Positions 8,354 through 13,943 of a stretch of DNA of 64,000 bases are shown here, piece after piece (within the stretch, counting starts at the first letter, position 1; each line of letters opens with the position of its first letter). The notes under the pieces were generated by a model. The model was not told the origin of the DNA, ran no database searches, and was given only the letters and a program-made list of their open reading frames with translations. A program made the translations under genes and the position numbers. Source of the DNA: a virus; the IMG/VR virus record IMGVR_UViG_3300045988_098930, one strand, 5' to 3'.

Positions 8354-9037
8354 TTACTTCGTTTCTTTGGCCTTAACTTTTGCGGTCTGTTTTGCTGTCG
8401 CGTCTTTAGTCTTGTCCGCTTCCTTGACCTGCTTTGCTTCAGCCTTCTTCGCGGCCTTCTGCGCTTCGTCACGCGCCTTGCGTTCAGCCCGCACTTCCGC
8501 CCGTGTCTTTATGTTTTTGCCATCGTCAACAACAGTGCGTTCAAACTGCTTGCGGAACGCTGCATCACTTGTCGTGCTGAAACGGTTCTCTATATGGAAG
8601 ATATTACCGCCTTCTTCGTCCTGCATGATATTCCCGGCTTCGTCATAAGTGAGATATTCGCCCTTGCGATAGGTTCCAACATGGGGAAGGAACGCCGCAA
8701 GATTTTCACGCCTTGCCTTGAAGTCTTGCCCCAACAAGTCCAGATACTCTTGAAATGCGGCCACAAACGGCGCGACAAGGGACTCCATGCGCTCATAATC
8801 TTGCTCTTTAGCGGCCTTTGCGTACAAGAACACTATGTCTTGTACGTGCTGCACACGCTGGCGATATAACGCCCATGCTTCTTTATCGTTGCCAACAGCG
8901 GACTTGTCAAGCGCTGCACTTGCGTGACGGTTAGCCTTTGTGGCCGCGTAAAGGTTCTCGAACAGAGAAGCGCGAACGTCAAAAGTGGCTTTTGCAGTCT
9001 CAAGACGGAATGAGGAAACGCGATACATAGTAGTCAT
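8354..9037 (-). CDS. first leftward gene; protein with Lys/Ala-rich basic C-terminal tail
   Basis: Track ORF. The last ~50 aa are KA-rich (AQKAAKKAEAKQVKEADKTKDATAKQTAKVKAKETK). The SD is weak. Confidence 0.6.
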   Translation of the reverse strand: MTTMYRVSSFRLETAKATFDVRASLFENLYAATKANRHASAALDKSAVGNDKEAWALYRQRVQHVQDIVFLYAKAAKEQDYERMESLVAPFVAAFQEYLDLLGQDFKARRENLAAFLPHVGTYRKGEYLTYDEAGNIMQDEEGGNIFHIENRFSTTSDAAFRKQFERTVVDDGKNIKTRAEVRAERKARDEAQKAAKKAEAKQVKEADKTKDATAKQTAKVKAKETK

Positions 9038-9236
9038 ATTATTGTCTTTCTGTCCTGTAGGCGGACTGGCCTTATTTTTTATGGTAGGCGGCTTTTATAA
9101 AAGGATAAACCGCCATGAACCTTGACATACTCACATTATGCCCCTTGTATACATTGTTCGACCCGCTCGACCGTGTTGCGCTATATATCATTCTCATATA
9201 GTCACGGCGGCAACACTCAAGCCCCTGGTCCGCTTT

Positions 9237-9263
9237 AGTATACAAGCGTTATATCATTGTCAA
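9237..9263 (-). promoter_or_regulatory. possible leftward promoter
   Basis: Minus strand reads TTGACA (9258..9263), a 15-nt spacer, then TATACT (9237..9242). The spacer is shorter than optimal. Confidence 0.3.
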
Positions 9264-9379
9264 GGTACACGAAATAAACGTGTCGGTAGCCTATGAGGGC
9301 TGACCTTTTTGTGGGCGGTGTGGGCTGTCTGTCAGGACTGCCGTTTTTGTGCGCCGCCCGTGTGGCTGTTGTTGTTTGG

Positions 9380-9568
9380 TATGGTTATACTATATCACCG
9401 TTATATGGTTATGTCAACACTTTTGACTATTGCGTATACTTATATAGTACAGCGATATTGCACGATTTTATGCCGTTGCTATAAACGAAGGTTATATTAT
9501 GGTTATGTTGGGGGAATTTTTTTGTGTGTATGTGGGATTATAGTTATAATCCAAAGATTATGGCTATG
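9380..9568. repeat. iteron-like TATGG(T/C)TAT(A/G) direct repeats
   Basis: Copies at 9380..9389, 9404..9413, 9498..9507 and 9559..9568. A half-site GGTTAT lies at 9490..9495, and a related TATTGGTTATGG at 10598..10609. Confidence 0.5.
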
Positions 9569-9700
9569 AGCATAATTTCCGCCTTTGCTCTGGCGTATCC
9601 TATGCCCCCTATATATTATATTGTCCGTGTCGCGGCGTGGCCGCTCCCGCTCCCCCCGTGTCCCGCCTTAAAGCCCGCCTTTATGCAGTATAGGCGGGGT

Positions 9701-9732
9701 TTACCGTGCGGGGGGTGGTTTTAACCGTGCGG
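9701..9732. repeat. direct repeat T(T/A)ACCGTGCGG x2, 21-nt period
   Basis: Copies at 9701..9711 and 9722..9732. They lie immediately after the hairpin CCCGCCT(9674..9680)/AGGCGGG(9692..9698). Confidence 0.6.
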
Positions 9733-9764
9733 AGCAGGCCACCGGCTCGAAAACCCTGTAGTAC

Positions 9765-9990
9765 ATTCCCTCACCAGACCCACCAAAAATCCCCAGCCCA
9801 CCTTGCTTTTTGCACTGCCCAGCCATTTCCCTTCCCTTCTCATCCTCCCCCACCACCCTCACCCCCTCCGGGGGTATAACCCATCAACCCTTGCGTTGCC
9901 CTTTGCCGTACCCCGCCTGCCGTACCTACACTGTGTTTATAGCCACCCTCTAATGACCCTTTAATGGCGCATCCCCCGTCAAAATGCCCT
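9765..9990. other. C-rich, G-poor strand-asymmetric non-coding tract
   Basis: In about 100 nt from 9768 I count about 6 G against more than 50 C on the plus strand. The minus strand carries runs such as GGGGG-TGA-GGG-TGGT-GGGGG (complement of 9848..9867). No ORF is present. Confidence 0.6.
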
Positions 9991-10147
9991 TTTTGACATG
10001 AAAAAAATCCAGCAAAATAAGCAAAAAATACGTGTTTTTACTTTGTTTTTGATGTGATTTGCTGCCAAAAAGCGCAAAAAAGCACCTAAATACCTGAGTT
10101 TTTCTCATGCGCGAAGAAAAAGAAGGAAAAACCGTTTCTTCTATCTC

Positions 10148-10245
10148 ACGAGATGGGCATAAACGAGCGTCAGCGAGTAAAATGGCCCATCTCGTAAAGC
10201 GAGGGGTTTATGAGCGGAATATAATGAAGCGAATAAACCCCTCGC
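10148..10245. other. two adjacent perfect long hairpins
   Basis: Hairpin A is ACGAGATGGGC (10148..10158) paired with GCCCATCTCGT (10185..10195), with a 26-nt loop. Hairpin B is GCGAGGGGTTTAT (10199..10211) paired with ATAAACCCCTCGC (10233..10245), with a 21-nt loop containing TATAAT. Three nt separate the two hairpins. Confidence 0.7.
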
Positions 10246-10464
10246 GCCCACGCGGCGGAGCCGCGCTTGTCCAACCAGAAAAAGAACAAAACCCATTAGT
10301 CAAACAAACCAAGCCAAACACGGGCTGACCAACAGACAAGTCCCTTCTACGCTAATGTATAAACCAATCCTTTACCTTTATCTAAACCGAACCCCTTAGC
10401 TGCCGCTACCCAACCAAACCGCGCTCAAACGCCGCGAGGCTTATATAGGGGTAAGGGTAACTCC

Positions 10465-10493
10465 TTGACAACTCTTAGCTGGGCTTATATGAT
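10465..10493 (+). promoter_or_regulatory. sigma-A/sigma-70-type rightward promoter
   Basis: TTGACA (10465..10470), an exact 17-nt spacer, then TATGAT (10488..10493). It lies about 270 nt upstream of the first rightward gene. Confidence 0.55.
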
Positions 10494-10729
10494 AAGATGG
10501 CAAGTTGATAAGCACGTCTGATGAGATAAATCGTATGCTGACAACTGAATATAGGGAACGCAGCTCAAGTTTCCGTTTATATGGGAGGCGTGAGCTATAT
10601 TGGTTATGGGGTAGATGATGCAGGGGGTGGTATATATAACACGTTAAAAAGAGCGAAGCGAATATTAAATGTCTCTTATAGAGAGTACACCTAAAAAATG
10701 CTTATTTATCTACGTTTTTTGGGAGGCAT

Positions 10730-10758
10730 ATTAGGTGCTACCTAATAACCTAATTTTT
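10730..10758 (+). promoter_or_regulatory. leader hairpin / possible operator or attenuator
   Basis: ATTAGGT-GCT-ACCTAAT (10730..10746), then a second ACCTAAT copy and a T5 run, ending 10 nt before the RBS of 10769..12007. Confidence 0.35.
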
Positions 10759-10768
10759 AAGGGGGTAT

Positions 10769-12007
10769 ATGCGACCATTGAAAATATCTGTATGCGATGC
10801 CGTTATGGGCAGTGGCAAGACGCAAGCTGCCATAACGATGATGAACCGTGAGACCGATAAACGCTTCTTATTTGTGACGCAACTTCTGGATGAGTGTAAG
10901 CGTATCGACAAGGCTTGCCCTAAGCGGAAGTTCAAACAACCGCAAAATCGCGGTCAAGGCAAATTAACGTCTCTGAATGATCTGTTGCGGGGTAGGCACA
11001 ATTTAGCCAGTACACACGCCTTATTCTATAAGTACACATCCGAAACATTGGAATTGATACGGGCGGGGCATTACACCTTAATACTGGATGAAGTGATTGA
11101 CGTCTTGGATTTTATAACAATATCTCCTTACGATGTTGATATGTTATTTAAGGCTAAGATGATGACCGTAGAATCAGATACTAAACGTGTGGTGTGGCTG
11201 GCAGACGACTATCAGGGTAAATTTGATATATTGCGGCTAAAGATTGAGTCGGGTTGCGTCACTTACGAAGACAATCGCCTAATGGTGTGGAAGCTACCTT
11301 TAGAAATGTTCAGTGCTTTTGATGAGGTGATCATCCTCACTTATATGTTTGAAGCTCAATATCAGGCATATTACTATGAGATGCACGGCATTGAGGTTGA
11401 ATATTTGGGTGTGCGGCACATTGGCGGGTTGGAATATGAGTTTACGCAAGGATTGATGTGCGACAAAATTACATTGCCGACAATTCATCTGTGCGCCAAC
11501 GCCAACATGAATTTGCTCGGAGAGCCGAAGTTTGCATTGAGCGCGAATTGGCAAAAGAATGCGGGTGGGGGGCACACGGCTGAAATTGCCACATTAAAAC
11601 GCCATTTAGTTAATTATTTTACCAACAAAAGCTCTTGTGACCCTCAGTGCCGGTTGTGGTCATGTTATAAGGAGGGTGAAGCCAAACTCAAGGGTTGGGG
11701 GTATACAAGGCGTTTCTTGGCTTATAACACTCGTGCCACCAACGCATATCGACATTGCTCCCATTTGGCTTACATCGTAAACATCTTTGCCAACGCCGAT
11801 ACACAGCGATATTTTGAAAGCCGTGGATATAGCGTGGATAGTGATAAACTTGCAACTTCGGAAATGGTGCAGTGGTTGTGGCGTAGTCAATTACGCGACG
11901 GGAAGGAAATTTGGCTGTATATGCCAAGCAAACGGATGCGGCAATTATTGATTAAATGGGTAGAGGAGGTGACAGGCAACACCGATTGTATTACCCTGTG
12001 GGAGTGA
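10769..12007 (+). CDS. P-loop NTPase, SF2 helicase-like
   Basis: Track ORF with RBS AAGGGGG. Walker A is DAVMGSGKT, Walker B is LILDEVID. The C-terminal WRSQLRDGKEIWLY resembles helicase motif VI. Confidence 0.65.
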   Translation: MRPLKISVCDAVMGSGKTQAAITMMNRETDKRFLFVTQLLDECKRIDKACPKRKFKQPQNRGQGKLTSLNDLLRGRHNLASTHALFYKYTSETLELIRAGHYTLILDEVIDVLDFITISPYDVDMLFKAKMMTVESDTKRVVWLADDYQGKFDILRLKIESGCVTYEDNRLMVWKLPLEMFSAFDEVIILTYMFEAQYQAYYYEMHGIEVEYLGVRHIGGLEYEFTQGLMCDKITLPTIHLCANANMNLLGEPKFALSANWQKNAGGGHTAEIATLKRHLVNYFTNKSSCDPQCRLWSCYKEGEAKLKGWGYTRRFLAYNTRATNAYRHCSHLAYIVNIFANADTQRYFESRGYSVDSDKLATSEMVQWLWRSQLRDGKEIWLYMPSKRMRQLLIKWVEEVTGNTDCITLWE

Positions 12008-12105
12008 CAGTAGTGTTGCTAATTTTTATTGCGCGATGTACAAAGTATATATAAGATTTTTTCCGAAGTTGTTACAATGTCACAACTTAGAGAGGAGATT
12101 GAGGA

Positions 12106-12195
12106 ATGGCTTGGATAGATGCTTCAACGCTGCCGCCACATGCCGGCGCATATTTGGCGGCGTGGCAACCCATTGACAAATACGTGCGTCCGTAG
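12106..12195 (+). pseudogene. possible DUF551-like gene remnant (29 codons, then TAG)
   Basis: ATG at 12106 follows GAGGAGATTGAGGA. MAWIDASTLPPHAGAYLAAWQPIDKYVRP resembles the W-I-x-x-x-x-LP start of DUF551 proteins. The frame stays open for 19 more codons after the TAG. Confidence 0.3.
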
Positions 12196-12201
12196 TATGG
12201 T
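12173..12201 (+). promoter_or_regulatory. candidate promoter
   Basis: TTGACA (12173..12178), a 17-nt spacer, then TATGGT (12196..12201). Confidence 0.4.
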
Positions 12202-12207
12202 ATAGTT

Positions 12208-12388
12208 GTAAACAATTCTCAGATTGGTGTTGTTGTTCGTAGCAGTAACAAGTGAATAGAGAGTGTGAATTTGCTCAAAGGGATGGACGTTTTGTTTGCG
12301 TTGTGCAAATAAAATGGTTCGTTCTGTTGTTAAGCGCACGATGAGGGCTATCCCCAGAATTGGGGATAGTGTATTTTTACGCGAAAAG
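12208..12388 (+). ncRNA. candidate ~180-nt non-coding transcript
   Basis: Bounded by the promoter-like element at 12173..12201 and the terminator at 12358..12388. I found no ORF with an RBS inside it. Confidence 0.3.
12358..12388 (+). terminator. intrinsic terminator (plus strand)
   Basis: CTATCCCCA-GAAT-TGGGGATAG (perfect 9-bp stem) followed by TGTATTTTT. Confidence 0.7.
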
Positions 12389-12467
12389 GAAGCAAGAAGG
12401 GTTAAGCCTATATATTGATGGCGCAAAATATACACTAATAATTTTAAGCAAAGCGAAAGGAATGACA

Positions 12468-13217
12468 ATGAACGAATTACAGATATTTAATAACAACCAG
12501 TTTGGAGAGATTAGGACTATTGAGGACAATGGTAAAGTGTTGTTCTGCGGAGCAGATGTAGCAAAAGCATTAGGTTATGCGAGGCCGAATGACGCTATAA
12601 CCGCACATTGTCGGTGTACGGTGAAATGCCGTATACCTCACCCGCAAGCCCCTGACAAGGAAATCGAGATGTCCTTTATCCCCGAAGGTGACGTTTATCG
12701 CCTTATCACGCATAGCAAACTTCCCACAGCGGAAAAGTTCGAAAGATGGGTGTTTGATGAAGTGCTGCCCACCATTCGCAAACATGGCGCGTATCTCACG
12801 CCAGAAGCATTAGAGCAGGCTATGAACGACCCTGACTTTGCCATTGGATTACTGACTGCGCTGAAGGATGAGCGGGAAAGTCGTAAAATAGCTGAAACTA
12901 AAGTCTCTATGCTGTCCGCTGAGGTCCTGACTTGGGCAGACCGGAAGGTGCTGAACGCTATCATGCGCAAGTACAGCTCTCAGGTGTATAACGCGGACTT
13001 TGCTAAAGGTTGGAACGCCTTCTATAAAGAACTGCTGTATAAACACGAGATCAACCTCAAGTCCCGTGCCACGCAGCGCATGAATCGCACGGGCAAAAAA
13101 CTGAGCTATTTGGACGCGCTTGCGGACGCCGAGCTGCCAGCCGCAATTAGTACCGCTGTGGCAATGTGCCATGAGCAAGATGTCAATATAGATGACATTA
13201 TCCAGAACGTTGCATGA
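12468..13217 (+). CDS. Bro-N domain antirepressor-family protein
   Basis: Track ORF 12360..13217 trimmed past the upstream terminator to the ATG at 12468 (alternative 12462) after GAAAGGA. LQIFNNNQFGEIRTIEDNGKVLFCGADVAKALGY matches the Bro-N pattern. Confidence 0.7.
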   Translation: MNELQIFNNNQFGEIRTIEDNGKVLFCGADVAKALGYARPNDAITAHCRCTVKCRIPHPQAPDKEIEMSFIPEGDVYRLITHSKLPTAEKFERWVFDEVLPTIRKHGAYLTPEALEQAMNDPDFAIGLLTALKDERESRKIAETKVSMLSAEVLTWADRKVLNAIMRKYSSQVYNADFAKGWNAFYKELLYKHEINLKSRATQRMNRTGKKLSYLDALADAELPAAISTAVAMCHEQDVNIDDIIQNVA

Positions 13218-13278
13218 TGGGGGGAATTTTGTGAGTAACTGGTTTGAGCTTGATAGCCTGATACAACATTAAAAAACT

Positions 13279-13315
13279 GCCGAAAGAAAGAACGCCGTAA
13301 CCGCCGAAAGAAAGA
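13279..13315 (+). repeat. 13-nt direct repeat GCCGAAAGAAAGA x2
   Basis: Copies at 13279..13291 and 13303..13315. The second runs into the RBS GAGGGAGG of 13329..13943. Confidence 0.6.
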
Positions 13316-13328
13316 GGGAGGTAGATCA

Positions 13329-13943
13329 ATGAAACAGTACACACAAGCGGATTTTGACACCTTTGAAGTAGATAAGTTTGGTCGTAAGATATGTCCTACT
13401 GGGGATTATACTAACATAAAAGACTTTGTAGAGTATTGCGTCTTTGATAGGCATTGCCTCTTTGGTGCGCAGTGTCGCTTTATTGCGCATTGTCGTTTTG
13501 GTGATGGGTGCTACTTTGGTGATGGGTGTAGCTTTGGTGCATATTGCTACTTTGGCGCGGGTTGCGAATTTGGCAAGGAATGCCGCTTTGGTGAGTTGTG
13601 CGGCTTTGGCGAAGGGAGCACCTTTGGCGAGGGGTGCAGCTTTGGTGACTGGTGTACCTTTGGGGAGTGTTGTAACTTTGGTGAGGGTTGCAACTACGAA
13701 AACGGTAACGTGAAAAATGGTCACTATGTCGCTGTGGATAGGATAAACAACACCAACCGAAAAGCCTATTTTTACATAGATGAAAACGGCAATATGTTTG
13801 TCCGCGCCGGGTGGTGGTTTTCGGATATGGTTACATTTAAGGGTTGGGTTAAAAAAGCACACGCGGGAACAATCCACAAGAAGACATATCTGGCGGCGTG
13901 TGAGCTGGCGGAACTGATGTTGAAAGGAGGCAACGAGGAATGA
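13329..13943 (+). CDS. hexapeptide-repeat (left-handed beta-helix-like) protein with Phe-Gly-x-x-Cys-x units
   Basis: Track ORF with a strong RBS. Fourteen consecutive 6-aa units (C-x-F-G-x-x) fit [LIV]-G-x-x-[STAV]-x with F and C substituted. A globular C-terminal domain (GHYVAVDR...VRAGWWFSDMVTFKGWVKKAH) follows. Confidence 0.7.
   Translation: MKQYTQADFDTFEVDKFGRKICPTGDYTNIKDFVEYCVFDRHCLFGAQCRFIAHCRFGDGCYFGDGCSFGAYCYFGAGCEFGKECRFGELCGFGEGSTFGEGCSFGDWCTFGECCNFGEGCNYENGNVKNGHYVAVDRINNTNRKAYFYIDENGNMFVRAGWWFSDMVTFKGWVKKAHAGTIHKKTYLAACELAELMLKGGNEE
13455..13706 (+). repeat. 14 tandem 18-bp units (TGY NNN TTT GGN NNN NNN) inside the CDS
   Basis: Read directly; TTTGG recurs every 18 nt. This periodicity creates long shadow ORFs in other frames. 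Confidence 0.8.

Noticed and set aside
9150-9175. A GTTCGACCC word resembling a tRNA T-loop.
   Set aside because: No acceptor, D or anticodon stems can be drawn around it. I saw no tRNA-like cloverleaf anywhere in the window.
9293-9724. Three overlapping hydrophobic ORFs (9293..9484, 9309..9569, 9524..9724).
   Set aside because: They overlap one another in different frames, none has an RBS, and they coincide with the iteron-like repeats. I treat the region as non-coding.
10107-10328. A 73-aa ORF in the hub.
   Set aside because: It has no SD upstream and gives a low-complexity basic product. It is spanned by the two perfect hairpins, which better explain the sequence constraints.
10518-10560. 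A CTGATGAG word (hammerhead-ribozyme core-like) in the rightward leader.
   Set aside because: I could not assemble the required three-stem junction. There is no appropriately placed GAAA with stem II/III complementarity or a cleavage triplet. An isolated 8-mer is expected by chance.
12193-12195. An in-frame TAG as evidence for amber stop-codon recoding.
   Set aside because: All long genes (RNAP 836 aa, tape measure 1973 aa, Tal 977 aa, and others) are intact under the standard code, and some genes (for example 3144..3506 and 7595..7789) appear to terminate at TAG. No suppressor tRNA is visible. A decayed gene is the simpler explanation.
12124-12468. A 114-aa minus-strand ORF in the spacer between the helicase-like gene and the first Bro gene.
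   Set aside because: It has no RBS. It starts inside the RBS/start region of the Bro gene on the other strand and reads through a plus-strand terminator hairpin. It would be an isolated antisense gene in a plus-strand arm.
12455-12472. An exact 18-mer, GAAAGGAATGACAATGAA, repeated at 12455 and 15408. A related GAGGAATGACAC occurs at 13933 and 15955.
   Set aside because: These are RBS-plus-start cassettes (SD, ATG ACA ATG AA... giving MTMNE, or ...EE-stop overlapping ATG). They are explained by similar translational-coupling junctions, not by a mobile element or regulatory repeat.
13455-13706. The tandem 18-bp array as a possible CRISPR-like or satellite repeat.
   Set aside because: There are no spacers: the units are contiguous and in frame, and they encode a conserved C-x-F-G hexapeptide inside a gene with an RBS. 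It is a coding repeat.
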